This document shows, in pieces, positions 17,329 through 27,058 of a DNA stretch of 64,000 nt (position 1 is its first letter; each line of letters starts with the position of its first letter). The notes beneath the pieces are model-generated. The model did no database searches. It saw only the letters and a program-made list of their open reading frames with translations, and had not been told where the DNA came from. Location: IMG/VR virus record IMGVR_UViG_3300027754_000044; one strand, written 5' to 3'. Both the position numbers and the translations under genes were made by a program. This DNA comes from a virus.

Positions 17329-18105
17329 ATGATGACTATGAAAAAATTAATGCTTTTTTTGGCTTTATGCGTTTCTTTGCAAACATTTGCAAATCCGATA
17401 GACGATAACTGTCCACAATTTGTTGTTCGTGGCGCACCTGTTAGCAAGCTAACAAATACTCAGTATCTCTGCAAAAAAAATTACGCGATTCATTATCGTA
17501 ACGATACAAGAACTGCAGAATATGTGGTAGAACACATAACGAAAGAATCTGTGTCTGGTCCAGCTCATCGCGCCGATGACTTCAGAGCAGATCCAGAAAT
17601 TCCAAAACAGAATCAATCTGTTCTTTCAGACTACGCAGGAAATCCATATGATCGTGGACATCTTGCTCCCGCAGGAAATAACACAACATCAGAAGAAATC
17701 ATGAGCGAGAGTTTCTTTCTGTCCAACATGGTTCCACAAGTTCCAAATCACAATCGTGGAATATGGAAGCAACTAGAGACCTATATCAGAAATTGGGTTC
17801 TTGAAGGTAAAGATATCTATGTCGTTACCGGAACTGTGTACGAACAAAATCATCTGACTATAGGTAACAACAAGGTTGGCGTTCCTACCAAGTTGTGGAA
17901 AGTTATTATCGATCGTAAAACTGCTAAGGTAATCTCTTTTATCTTCCCAAACGAAGCACTACCAGTTCGTGATCTTCCAAAATATGTAACAACTGTCAAA
18001 GCAATTGAACTAGAGACAAAAATCAATTTCATGCCACAGCTTCCAGAGGGTATGCAGAAAATAGAAATCACTCCACCAGTATTAAGTGATTGGAGTGGTC
18101 TGTAA
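17329..18105 (+). CDS. exported DNA/RNA non-specific endonuclease (NucA/EndoG family)
   Basis: Signal peptide; YDRGHLAPA, SFFLSNMVPQ, NRGIWKQLE. Confidence 0.95.
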   Translation: MMTMKKLMLFLALCVSLQTFANPIDDNCPQFVVRGAPVSKLTNTQYLCKKNYAIHYRNDTRTAEYVVEHITKESVSGPAHRADDFRADPEIPKQNQSVLSDYAGNPYDRGHLAPAGNNTTSEEIMSESFFLSNMVPQVPNHNRGIWKQLETYIRNWVLEGKDIYVVTGTVYEQNHLTIGNNKVGVPTKLWKVIIDRKTAKVISFIFPNEALPVRDLPKYVTTVKAIELETKINFMPQLPEGMQKIEITPPVLSDWSGL

Positions 18106-18383
18106 TGGATTTTTTCAAACTTGTAGCAGAAGTAGGATTTCCGATCGCGGCTGCATGCGCTGGTGGGTATTTCGTATTCCTAACTCTGAAATTCATTCTA
18201 CAAGGTGTTCTGTCGTCTGTTAAAGGATTGAGTGGAATTATTGCATCATTGGATAATCGTGTCAAGACAATGAACCACGACGTGATACGTATCGACACTT
18301 TAGTTTCAAATGCTCTTGGAGTCAAGCCGGATATTGACCGAATTGCGAGGGCAGATGGAAAAAATGACGCCCGGAGAGACTAA
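18105..18383 (+). CDS. single-TM + coiled-coil membrane protein (holin-like), paralog 1
   Basis: VGFPIAAA..GGYFVF; start at the TAATG overlap. Confidence 0.7.
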   Translation: MDFFKLVAEVGFPIAAACAGGYFVFLTLKFILQGVLSSVKGLSGIIASLDNRVKTMNHDVIRIDTLVSNALGVKPDIDRIARADGKNDARRD

Positions 18384-18557
18384 ATGCGACTATTCAAAAA
18401 TAACAACAAATGGGTCATATGGTGGGATAGCTTACCGGAGAACACACGAACTTATTTAAACTCTCAGCCAATTTGGCATGATAGTGATGTAGTTAGGTTC
18501 ATTAGTTTAGCTTTGGTAGTAGGATTTATAATCGGATTCTTTACAGGATATCATTGA
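18384..18557 (+). CDS. 57-aa protein with C-terminal TM segment
   Basis: Hand-translated MRLFKNNNKWVIWWDSLPENTRTYLNSQPIWHDSD...; fills the gap exactly. Confidence 0.6.
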   Translation: MRLFKNNNKWVIWWDSLPENTRTYLNSQPIWHDSDVVRFISLALVVGFIIGFFTGYH

Positions 18558-18830
18558 ATGGACTTAAACATAGTAGAGGCTATCAACAAATACGGATTTC
18601 CAATCGTTGCCGCTGGAGGCATGGGATATTTGATTTTCTATGTGTGGAAATGGGCCACGCAAGAAATTAAACCAGTCCTGAGTGAAACGAGTGGTACGTT
18701 AATAGGTCTGATCGATAGAATAAGAATGTTAGATAACGATCTGATTAGATTAAATCAGAAGATAAACATTGTTCTCATGCTAAGAGAAGTTCGAGATGAA
18801 AAAAATACTATTACTAATCTTCTTAAGTAA
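18558..18830 (+). CDS. single-TM + coiled-coil membrane protein (holin-like), paralog 2
   Basis: YGFPIVAAGGMGYLIF...LIDRIRMLDNDLIRL. Confidence 0.7.
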   Translation: MDLNIVEAINKYGFPIVAAGGMGYLIFYVWKWATQEIKPVLSETSGTLIGLIDRIRMLDNDLIRLNQKINIVLMLREVRDEKNTITNLLK

Positions 18831-19227
18831 TACTTGTTATGCTGAACAAGTATTCCAATTTAAATCCCCATCCTTCACTGGTGTGGGATATTCGTCACAC
18901 GTTCAAACTATAGAGAATACAGAAAAAACTAGAAAAGATGCAATTGATGCAGCAAAATTTCAAGCTGCGAAAGATGCAGCAACAGCAGTGAATAATACAA
19001 ATCTACAGAAATTCCTAAATAACTTTGAGTCACGTGTTTATGCTCAGCTATCTTCCCAATTAGTCAATAACTTGTTTGGGGAGAATCCTCAAAACTCTGG
19101 AACTGTAAGTATTTCGGGAAATACAATTCAGTATTCTAAATCCGGTGATGAGATTAATCTGACAGTAAAAGGTCAGGATGGTAGCGTGACCCAGATAATT
19201 ATACCTGTTGCGCAGTTCAAGTTCTGA
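18796..19227 (+). CDS. csgF: curli assembly protein CsgF-like
   Basis: Signal peptide followed by VFQFKSPSFTG (cf. FQFRNPNFGG); adjacent to csgG. Confidence 0.8.
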   Translation: MKKILLLIFLSNTCYAEQVFQFKSPSFTGVGYSSHVQTIENTEKTRKDAIDAAKFQAAKDAATAVNNTNLQKFLNNFESRVYAQLSSQLVNNLFGENPQNSGTVSISGNTIQYSKSGDEINLTVKGQDGSVTQIIIPVAQFKF

Positions 19228-20012
19228 TGAAATATCTAATATTATTTTTGATTTTTATATTGACTGGTTGTGTTTCATCACCAATCAATTTTATTGATAA
19301 TGAAGCTGAGATTGCACCAGTAACGAAATTCAAGAGACCATTTCCTAAGCCAGAAAATGGTCAACCGATTGTTGTAGCAGTATATGCATTTACAGATAAG
19401 ACAGGACAGAGAAAAGATAGTTCAAATATAGCGAAGTTTTCTACAGCAGTCACGCAGGGCGGCGAATCATTGCTACTCAAAGCTCTAGCTGATGTAGGTG
19501 ATGGAGATTGGTTTAGAATTGTTGAGCGAGTAGGATTGGATAATCTTTTAAAAGAGAGACAATTAATTCGAAGCGCAAGAGAAGAAGCCAGTGATACGAA
19601 TAAATTGAGACCAATTCTATATGCAGGTATGATTATAGAAGGAGCCATAGTATCTTATGATACAAATAAGAGAACTGGCGGTTTTGGTTGGAGATATCTT
19701 GGTATTGGTCCCACTACACAATACCAAGAAGATATTGTAACTGTTTCACTAAGAACAATTAATGTGCAAACGGGTGAAGTATTATTAACAGTCAACACAC
19801 AGAAGACGATTTTAAGTGTTGCAACATCGTTGGCAGTATTTAAGTTTTTTGATCAAGGCACAAAAAACTTTGAGAATGAAATTGGTAGCACAAAAACTGA
19901 GCCTGGAGTATATGCCGTTAAATCTGCTGTAGAATTAGCTGTTGAAGAAATTATCTATCAAGGTGAGAAAAAAGGATTGTGGAAATTTAAACAAGGAGAA
20001 GAAATCAAATGA
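19227..20012 (+). CDS. csgG: curli secretion channel lipoprotein CsgG
   Basis: Lipobox LTGC; VAVYAFTDKTGQRK, FSTAVTQG, WFRIVERVGLDNLLKERQLIR, QYQEDIVTVSLR. Confidence 0.95.
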   Translation: MKYLILFLIFILTGCVSSPINFIDNEAEIAPVTKFKRPFPKPENGQPIVVAVYAFTDKTGQRKDSSNIAKFSTAVTQGGESLLLKALADVGDGDWFRIVERVGLDNLLKERQLIRSAREEASDTNKLRPILYAGMIIEGAIVSYDTNKRTGGFGWRYLGIGPTTQYQEDIVTVSLRTINVQTGEVLLTVNTQKTILSVATSLAVFKFFDQGTKNFENEIGSTKTEPGVYAVKSAVELAVEEIIYQGEKKGLWKFKQGEEIK

Positions 20013-20710
20013 AACACATCATTTTTATTATGATGTATATGTTTGCGCTTAATTCGTTTGGTCAGTCTAGCGGAGGAAACTCTGTATACATCGATCAAAC
20101 AAATGCTGACGGGTCTACGCTTTCAATTACGCAAACGGGATCTGGAAATAATGTGGGCGATCCAAGTAGCATGGGTTCCCCAAGTTTCGTTATTGAAGGA
20201 AATAATATGGATCTGACTATCGTTCAAGATGGTATGAACAATAGTGTGACTGGTAATTTTATTGGCGGAGATTCTACTGGTGTAATTACACAGACAGGTT
20301 CAGGCAACTCTACTGTGTTAAATCAAGGAAACTTTGGCACAAGCGCAGGAACATTGGGCATCACTTTGACTGGTGATAATAACACCACGACGTTGAACAT
20401 GGGCACTACCACAAATGCTGGTAACTATAATTATTCTCTGAGCGTAACAGGTGATACCAATACTATAACCAGCACAATGAATAGTAAGTATATTACAAAC
20501 ACCCTCACTTTGACGGGTAATTCAAATACACTTACTACGATTCAAAATGGCGCAAATGGAACAAATTCTGTGGCTGGTCATTCAATCACTTCGACGATAA
20601 TTGGAAACAGCAATACCGCATCAATAACTCAGAACGGAACAACAACTCCAAATGCAGTCACACTCAATGTTACGGGTTCTAACACTTCTACTGTTATTGT
20701 GCAGCATTAA
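20009..20710 (+). CDS. curlin-like beta-solenoid repeat protein
   Basis: Signal peptide; about 8-9 repeats of xxIxQxG(S/D/N)xN, rich in G/N/T/S. Confidence 0.8.
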   Translation: MKHIIFIMMYMFALNSFGQSSGGNSVYIDQTNADGSTLSITQTGSGNNVGDPSSMGSPSFVIEGNNMDLTIVQDGMNNSVTGNFIGGDSTGVITQTGSGNSTVLNQGNFGTSAGTLGITLTGDNNTTTLNMGTTTNAGNYNYSLSVTGDTNTITSTMNSKYITNTLTLTGNSNTLTTIQNGANGTNSVAGHSITSTIIGNSNTASITQNGTTTPNAVTLNVTGSNTSTVIVQH

Positions 20711-21692
20711 TTGTTATGGTGGAATAGGCACTATCACTGAAGGCAAGGGCAGTAGTGAGATAATAAGAAACAAATCCAAGATCGATGCCAAAATCAACAT
20801 TGGCATCGAGTCTATGGACAACGTGCAAACTGCAAATGGTGTTATTGGTATTACATTTGAAGATGACACTAAGGTCCGAGTAACAGAACACTCCAAGCTG
20901 ATCATCGATGATTTTGTGTATGATCCTAAATCAAAAGGTGCTGGTAAACTCGCAATGAGAGTTGCTCTTGGCACCGTGCGATACGCATCTGGAAGTATTG
21001 CAAAAGAAAATAATAAGAATGTTGATATCAAGACTCCTACAGCAACGATTGCGGTTCGTGGCACTGCTTTCACTATGACCGTAGATGAGATTGGTCAGTC
21101 GATGATTATACTTCTGCCAAATGTAGATGGATCAGTGGGTGAAATTGAGGTTAAGACGTCGGCTGGTAATGTGGTACTCAATCAAGCATTTCAAGCCACA
21201 CTAGCAACAAATTCAGAAATAAAACCATTGAAGCCTGTATTGTTAGGTTTGAATGAATCTGCGATTGATAATATGTTAATCGTCAAACCACCAAAAGAAA
21301 TATTGACTAGAGTTATGGAAGAATCAGCTAAAAGCGGTGATGCTCTTTTTTTTAATGATCTAGATAAAAATTTACTTGACGTTAAGATATTTGTAGATAC
21401 ATTAAAATTTGATGAGTTGAACGTAAATATGTTAGATGTAGATTATCTTACTAATGCTCTGGACAATCTAGTATTGAATGCGTTTCAAGTTGGCTACAGT
21501 TCAATAACCCAGTTATACATTTTCGACAAGAGTGATGTGTGGCAAATCGAGCGACACGTAAATCAAAATGCAGTCATTCGGATCAGTAAAGAAAAAGGTT
21601 ACGATATCACTTTGATACAGGATGGATCGATACTAAATATTAAGAATAAAGAAGACGCCACTAACAGAATTTACATCAAACAATCTAAATGA
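20667..21692 (+). CDS. FecR-domain periplasmic protein
   Basis: Signal peptide; FEDDTKVRVTEHSKLIID, GTVRYASG, TPTATIAVRGTAF. Confidence 0.85.
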   Translation: MLRVLTLLLLLCSINCYGGIGTITEGKGSSEIIRNKSKIDAKINIGIESMDNVQTANGVIGITFEDDTKVRVTEHSKLIIDDFVYDPKSKGAGKLAMRVALGTVRYASGSIAKENNKNVDIKTPTATIAVRGTAFTMTVDEIGQSMIILLPNVDGSVGEIEVKTSAGNVVLNQAFQATLATNSEIKPLKPVLLGLNESAIDNMLIVKPPKEILTRVMEESAKSGDALFFNDLDKNLLDVKIFVDTLKFDELNVNMLDVDYLTNALDNLVLNAFQVGYSSITQLYIFDKSDVWQIERHVNQNAVIRISKEKGYDITLIQDGSILNIKNKEDATNRIYIKQSK

Positions 21693-21707
21693 AAAAAGGC
21701 ATGTGGG

Positions 21708-21896
21708 ATGAAAATATCTTTAAAATGCAAATGCGGTGCTGTAGGGGAGTGGGATGATCCGAATAACATTAGAGACAAAAATAGTCCAGTTCGTGCATAC
21801 CTGATAGTAATAAAATCTGACGAGTGGCTTAAACTTCATTCCAAATGTAGTAAAGAAAATAGTGACGAAACAAAAGCGATTGGATTTTTAGTATGA
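21708..21896 (+). CDS. small Cys/His protein
   Basis: CKCG...HSKC; 4-nt overlap with the cyclase gene. Confidence 0.5.
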   Translation: MKISLKCKCGAVGEWDDPNNIRDKNSPVRAYLIVIKSDEWLKLHSKCSKENSDETKAIGFLV

Positions 21897-23902
21897 AAAA
21901 ATATATTCTCTCACCATGGACCGCTCTCATAACATTAATGCTGTTAGTATGCTTGAGAATGGCAGATCCTTCCCTTGTAGAGTCGATTAGACTTCGATAC
22001 TTCGATACGCTAATATCAAATAAAGAGTCTACTGTATCTAAACAGGTGCACGTAGTAAATATCGACGATGAGTATATTCAAAAAGAAGGTCAGTTCCCAT
22101 TCCCTCGAGATAGATATTCCAAAATCATTACTGATTTGTATTCTCGTAATGCTGGGATGGTTGTCTTTAACGTCTATATGCCCGAGCCGGATCGCTTTGG
22201 TCAAGATAATAAACTAGCACAGACACTGAAACAATTTCCTGTTGTTCTACCTCACACAGGAAGTGATGATCCAGTAAGAGTAAAATATGAACCATTCAGA
22301 CCAGGTGTATCTATTATCGGAACTGGAGATGTTGGTATTTCCTATAACAGTATACAACCTAACACGAGGATAATAAATGAGACTGCTTCTGGCATTGGTG
22401 TTGTTAACACTCTCCCCGAAATTGATGGCGTCACCAGAAGAATACCAATGGTCGTCAGATTCGAAGATAAATTGTATCCAAGCATTAGTCTGGAAACATT
22501 GCGAGTCGCATCTGGAGACCCAAGTTTTCAAGTCAAAGTATCCGACAATGGAATCGAAGCAGTCAGAATACCTAAGTTTGGCAAAATCACAACGGATGCT
22601 ATGGGTAGAATTTGGGTCGATTGGGCAGCAAGACCTATTGAACACTCTCTATCTAAACTCCCAAAAACTTTCGACGGCGGAATTGTCATCGTCGGTCTTA
22701 CTGCGAAGGGGTTCAACAACCCGGTTGCTACTTCTGTCGGAGCAGTTTGGCCTCATTATTTTCAAGCGGCCGTTCTAGATACGTTAATCAGTGGAACAAA
22801 CATTACTAGACCCGATTGGGCTAGTGGTGCCGAGATACTTGTAATTATACTAACTGGAATTATTCTATTATTCTTAACGAGGTGGACTTATGTCGGTCTT
22901 GGATCAGTTATTATTTTTTCTATCGCGGCTACTTATGGTAGTTACTTTGCTTATAGCATGTATCTTTCTTTATTTGATGCTACGGCCCTTATCTGTTCAA
23001 TTATCTTGGTGTCATTACATGCCTACGGCGTTAAGTTCGTCAGTGAATTTTTGCAGAAGCAGCAAATAAAGAAACAGTTTGGAACATATTTGAGTCCAGA
23101 TCTTGTTGCTCAATTACAAAGACAGCCGGAGCTTCTTCAGCTTGGAGGAGACGAGAAAGAATTGTCCATCATGTTTACCGACGTTCGTGGGTTCACTACG
23201 ATATCGGAGCACTATGGAAAAGACGTTCAGGGTCTTACTAAGATCATGAATCGTTACATGACCGCTATGACCAAGAAGATACTAGAGAACAAAGGAACTT
23301 TGGATAAGTATATCGGTGATGCTCAGATGGCATTTTGGAACGCACCAATAGAGAGCGTAGGACACGCTAAACTAGCTGTGAAAACAGCATTAGAAATGAT
23401 GGAGAGTCTAGATGATTTTAATAAAGAAATTACCGCTGAAGGAATCCCTGCTTTTGGCATGGGCTTGGGTATTAATACTGGAACTGTTGTTGTGGGGAAT
23501 ATGGGGTCAGACCAAAGATTCGACTACACATGCCTAGGTGATGCTGTTAATACTGCATCGCGCCTCGAAGGACAGAGTAAAAATTATGGTGTAAGAATTG
23601 TGTTGGGTCCTGAGACCGCGAATCAGGTTAAAGATGAATACGATGTATTTGAGATGGACTGTATCGCGGTTAAGGGAAAGAAAGAAGGCGTTAGGATATA
23701 TACCATAGAAAAACAAGATAAAGCACAGAATGCTTTCCTATACTGGTATTATGAAGGTAAATGGGAAGATTGCATTCGAATTGCTAAACAACAAATAACT
23801 GAGAAAAGCCCAATGTCGGAGTATTATTCTTTGATGCTAGAAAGAATGGAACAAGGAAAACCGGAAGACTGGCATGGAGTCTATAAAGCAACATCAAAAT
23901 AA
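21893..23902 (+). CDS. CHASE2-domain class III adenylate cyclase
   Basis: CHASE2 (VVNID, GQFPFPR, DGVTRRIP), 3 TM segments, FTDVRGFT, DKYIGDA, FDYTCLGDAVNTASRLE; K/D specificity residues indicate ATP. Confidence 0.95.
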   Translation: MKKYILSPWTALITLMLLVCLRMADPSLVESIRLRYFDTLISNKESTVSKQVHVVNIDDEYIQKEGQFPFPRDRYSKIITDLYSRNAGMVVFNVYMPEPDRFGQDNKLAQTLKQFPVVLPHTGSDDPVRVKYEPFRPGVSIIGTGDVGISYNSIQPNTRIINETASGIGVVNTLPEIDGVTRRIPMVVRFEDKLYPSISLETLRVASGDPSFQVKVSDNGIEAVRIPKFGKITTDAMGRIWVDWAARPIEHSLSKLPKTFDGGIVIVGLTAKGFNNPVATSVGAVWPHYFQAAVLDTLISGTNITRPDWASGAEILVIILTGIILLFLTRWTYVGLGSVIIFSIAATYGSYFAYSMYLSLFDATALICSIILVSLHAYGVKFVSEFLQKQQIKKQFGTYLSPDLVAQLQRQPELLQLGGDEKELSIMFTDVRGFTTISEHYGKDVQGLTKIMNRYMTAMTKKILENKGTLDKYIGDAQMAFWNAPIESVGHAKLAVKTALEMMESLDDFNKEITAEGIPAFGMGLGINTGTVVVGNMGSDQRFDYTCLGDAVNTASRLEGQSKNYGVRIVLGPETANQVKDEYDVFEMDCIAVKGKKEGVRIYTIEKQDKAQNAFLYWYYEGKWEDCIRIAKQQITEKSPMSEYYSLMLERMEQGKPEDWHGVYKATSK

Positions 23903-24121
23903 TTAGACTGTTATGTCTACGTTCTTTCCCTTACCATCTAACGATTCTCTAATCTGCTTTATATCTTGTAAGTGATTTGTCATTTCTTTAGCCGCTTCTT
24001 GATCTATTCGAATAGATTTTGTCAGCTGATTCAATCTATATTCGGCTATCATACGCGCAACAGATGGACTTGCAATTTCAGCTATCCGCGTCATTTTTTT
24101 CTTTCTGTATATAACCCTCAA
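23903..24121 (-). CDS. hypothetical protein
   Basis: ORF track; ends KGKNVDITV. Confidence 0.55.
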   Translation of the reverse strand: MRVIYRKKKMTRIAEIASPSVARMIAEYRLNQLTKSIRIDQEAAKEMTNHLQDIKQIRESLDGKGKNVDITV

Positions 24122-24248
24122 TCAGCGAGCACATAAAGAAATATGCAGATACAAACATCCACCCGATTGCTCCTAGAGGACTACTTTCATTAATCCAACA
24201 TACATATACGAAAAAACTAGCGATTGCAGAGATTCCTACATTAAACAT
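24078..24248 (-). CDS. small 2-TM protein
   Basis: Start reassigned to MFNVG, overlapping the deaminase stop. Confidence 0.5.
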   Translation of the reverse strand: MFNVGISAIASFFVYVCWINESSPLGAIGWMFVSAYFFMCSLIEGYIQKEKNDADS

Positions 24249-24717
24249 GATAGACTTTTTCCAAAAGAAGAAGTTCAACTCCAGCTTCATCAAATAATTC
24301 CTTTGCTAATTTAAAACTATCTGCCCAACGATTTTTTGATTCTTCTATTTCGTACGATATAACTCTAGAAATTCCACTCTGAATGATCAGAGAAGCACAT
24401 CGACTGCACGGCTGAAATGGAGTTGTGTATAGCGTCATACCATTCATACGTTGATGAGCAAAAAGAATAGCATTCGCTTCTGCATGGATTATCATTTGAT
24501 ATTTAGTATCACGATCAGTCAAACGATCATACGAATCCATAACTCCGACAGGAAATCCATTATATCCGGTTGATACAATTCTACGATTTGTATCCACAAT
24601 CACGGCACCCACTTTCGTAGAAGGATCTTTACTCCATTTAGAAATATGCTCAGCTAGATCTAAAAATCTCGTGTCCCAGTCTCTCAGATCCCTAAGACCT
24701 GAATCTACTTCACTCAT
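24241..24717 (-). CDS. cd: dCMP deaminase
   Basis: SKDPSTKVGAVI, GYNG, HAEANA, PCSRC; start reassigned to MSEVDSG. Confidence 0.95.
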   Translation of the reverse strand: MSEVDSGLRDLRDWDTRFLDLAEHISKWSKDPSTKVGAVIVDTNRRIVSTGYNGFPVGVMDSYDRLTDRDTKYQMIIHAEANAILFAHQRMNGMTLYTTPFQPCSRCASLIIQSGISRVISYEIEESKNRWADSFKLAKELFDEAGVELLLLEKVYHV

Positions 24718-25321
24718 TCGGCAACTCCTCATTAGGAAACTCTTCAGTTGGCCTAAACACATACTCTGACTTTGGTGTGTAGGGAAACACAATCGGCACT
24801 TGTGAATCTCCACCGGTGAAATATGACTTAGACATTTCACCATCATCACTCTTATACCACTCCCAAAACACTTTGCCATCAAGATAATACGGTTGTCCAT
24901 CATCTTCTTTAAATACAGCACCGCATCGTTTGTTCTGATACATTTTAACCTCGTCACAATCAGACACCACACTCCATTCCCAGTCCTCACCAGTCAATGG
25001 AACAATCGGATCAAACTTTGCTAATTTAGAGAACAACTCGATAGTGTATGGCGCTGTTGTGCCAGAATGTCCTTCATCACCAAAGACATCCAATAGGGCA
25101 AGAACATGATTACATATCATCTCTTGCATCTCATCTTTGTATTTGTCATTCTCGTCCACCCATCCTGCAGCACGGAATTCGTTCATTGCGTGAAATTTAT
25201 AAACGGTCGTTCCCCGTTCCTTCAACAGCTTCTCCTCCAATTCCGCGACCCGCTTCTCAAGCCAGATGATCTGCGACGATGCCGGTGTCCCACCTTCTGG
25301 GTAGTTTGATCCTCTACTCAT
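24710..25321 (-). CDS. conserved phage hypothetical protein
   Basis: EGHSG..APY...PLTGEDWEW...QNKRC..VFK...FPYTP; start reassigned to MSRGSN. Confidence 0.7.
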   Translation of the reverse strand: MSRGSNYPEGGTPASSQIIWLEKRVAELEEKLLKERGTTVYKFHAMNEFRAAGWVDENDKYKDEMQEMICNHVLALLDVFGDEGHSGTTAPYTIELFSKLAKFDPIVPLTGEDWEWSVVSDCDEVKMYQNKRCGAVFKEDDGQPYYLDGKVFWEWYKSDDGEMSKSYFTGGDSQVPIVFPYTPKSEYVFRPTEEFPNEELPNE

Positions 25322-25508
25322 CTTTAACTCCAAAATGTCGTTTAATACACTCATAGGGATCATGATCTTCGCGCAGGGCGATCTCGGCACATTCTTTTAC
25401 AATCAACTCGGCGAACTTTTTACACTCTGGCATATCCCAGTGTCCGATGCCAAACATGTCAGGTAAGTATCCAGCCTGTTCGGCAAGTAGTTTAATTCGT
25501 TCGTTCAT
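25314..25508 (-). CDS. small phage protein (MNERIKxLAEQA...KFAELIVxECA type)
   Basis: Motif pattern; overlaps both neighbours. Confidence 0.7.
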   Translation of the reverse strand: MNERIKLLAEQAGYLPDMFGIGHWDMPECKKFAELIVKECAEIALREDHDPYECIKRHFGVKDE

Positions 25509-26800
25509 ATTTTTTCTCCCGCTTCAAAGCCACGAAAACATTTGAATCGTGGGAATCGCAAACTATACGATCCGTCTTGATTTTGTGTGATAGCATCAGC
25601 ACGGACTTCAACAATCTGACCATCTACTCTACATGACCAAAAATCATCTCGCTGAACGTCGGTAAATCCAGAGCCAACATTAACTTTGATCAGCTTTCCA
25701 TCATCTACACCTTCGCAGATTAGTGCGCCCATTTTCCCCAGATTCTTTCCGGTTCCTTCTTCTGTAGAAACAACAGTCAGACTTACTTCTATGAATGGTT
25801 TGAGTTTAAGCCACGATATGGTTCGCTTACATTCATATGGAGCCATAGGATCTTTAATCATGATACCTTCGAATCCATTATCTATGGCATTCTTATTATA
25901 TCTTTTAAAAGTATCCTGACCTTGCTGAGTGTCTAGATTAATAGTTTCGTGATTTAGAACAGTAACATTTTCAAGCGACTCTTTATTATTCTCATACCAC
26001 TGTCTAAGGGCTCTTGTCCTTTCCCTCTGCGGGACATTGTATACTCCGATATTGAAATCTTTCAGAGGAATCATATCAAACAAATTCAATACTGCATCAT
26101 CGGAATCCACATTATCTTTTCGATGGACTTGCTTCATCAGATTTTGAAAACTCCCCGACATAATCTCTCCATCCAAAACCATATTTTCTTGAAATGAAGA
26201 AGCGATGCATCTAATTTGCTCTTTGATTTTAGGAAAATTATTTAGATCTTTTCCGTTTCTAGAATATTGAGCAAGAACACCGTTTGTCAATACGATTGTA
26301 AATACACGAACTCCATCAAGTTTGTTCTCGATTATTCGTTCGCCAAACACTTTCTTTTCGTGCTTGAAATATTCATGAGCAAGCTGACAGGAAAATTTTC
26401 TTTTCCAATATGTTTTTGGAACGACGCTGTTTATCGTCGCATCAGATACTCCACAACGGAGATCTTTAATAAGAATCCTACGATACCAATTATTCCACTG
26501 GTCTTTTGTGGCATGCTTCATTATTTCGGATAAGGCATCCTTTGCAGAATTTCCAGTGACAGTTCTTTTCACAAAAGTCTGACACATTTCATTGAAAACA
26601 TTCCAAGCAAGCCCTGGACCGTCTTCATCAATTTTCTCTGGAACTTTCTTTACGCCGAATGTGATTTGCCCGTCCAATGCGAGATTTATTCCCTCAAAGA
26701 ATTCCCAATTTTTTTGTTTGAATTGTTCATCTATAATTTTCTCTTTGAAAATACGAGAGTTGTTTGACTCTAGACGAAGAATTATTTCCCACGGTTTCAT
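25505..26800 (-). CDS. gp30: ATP-dependent DNA ligase
   Basis: KLDGVR, SRNGK, LDGE, EGIMIK, WLKLK, VGSGF, SLRFPRF. Confidence 0.95.
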   Translation of the reverse strand: MKPWEIILRLESNNSRIFKEKIIDEQFKQKNWEFFEGINLALDGQITFGVKKVPEKIDEDGPGLAWNVFNEMCQTFVKRTVTGNSAKDALSEIMKHATKDQWNNWYRRILIKDLRCGVSDATINSVVPKTYWKRKFSCQLAHEYFKHEKKVFGERIIENKLDGVRVFTIVLTNGVLAQYSRNGKDLNNFPKIKEQIRCIASSFQENMVLDGEIMSGSFQNLMKQVHRKDNVDSDDAVLNLFDMIPLKDFNIGVYNVPQRERTRALRQWYENNKESLENVTVLNHETINLDTQQGQDTFKRYNKNAIDNGFEGIMIKDPMAPYECKRTISWLKLKPFIEVSLTVVSTEEGTGKNLGKMGALICEGVDDGKLIKVNVGSGFTDVQRDDFWSCRVDGQIVEVRADAITQNQDGSYSLRFPRFKCFRGFEAGEKI

Positions 26801-26809
26801 TTTGAATCC

Positions 26810-27007
26810 TTAGTATTTAAATCCGAATTGTTCATTATATTGTGACATGAATGCTATTGCAAAATTTTCAACATCTTCGACTTGAACTAATGCTGGATCA
26901 GCGACTCCATTCCACCAATAGAAAGCGGATCGAATACCCCACTCGCCATTGGCGTCAACAATCTGTTGGATGTCTTTTAGTTCATCTTCAGTGAATTTGT
27001 GTGTCAT
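26810..27007 (-). CDS. hypothetical protein
   Basis: SD GGAG; own promoter. Confidence 0.65.
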   Translation of the reverse strand: MTHKFTEDELKDIQQIVDANGEWGIRSAFYWWNGVADPALVQVEDVENFAIAFMSQYNEQFGFKY

Positions 27008-27029
27008 AAAATCTCCATTCAGTTCATAT

Positions 27030-27058
27030 ATTATACGTCACTATGAGCTAAATGTCAA
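27030..27058 (-). promoter_or_regulatory. sigma70-type promoter
   Basis: TTGACA-17-TATAAT. Confidence 0.85.

Noticed and set aside
24718-24990. N-terminal extension of dCMP deaminase; likewise the nrdA extension 42216-42293
   Set aside because: Both overlap upstream genes in another frame; family motifs begin after the downstream ATGs.
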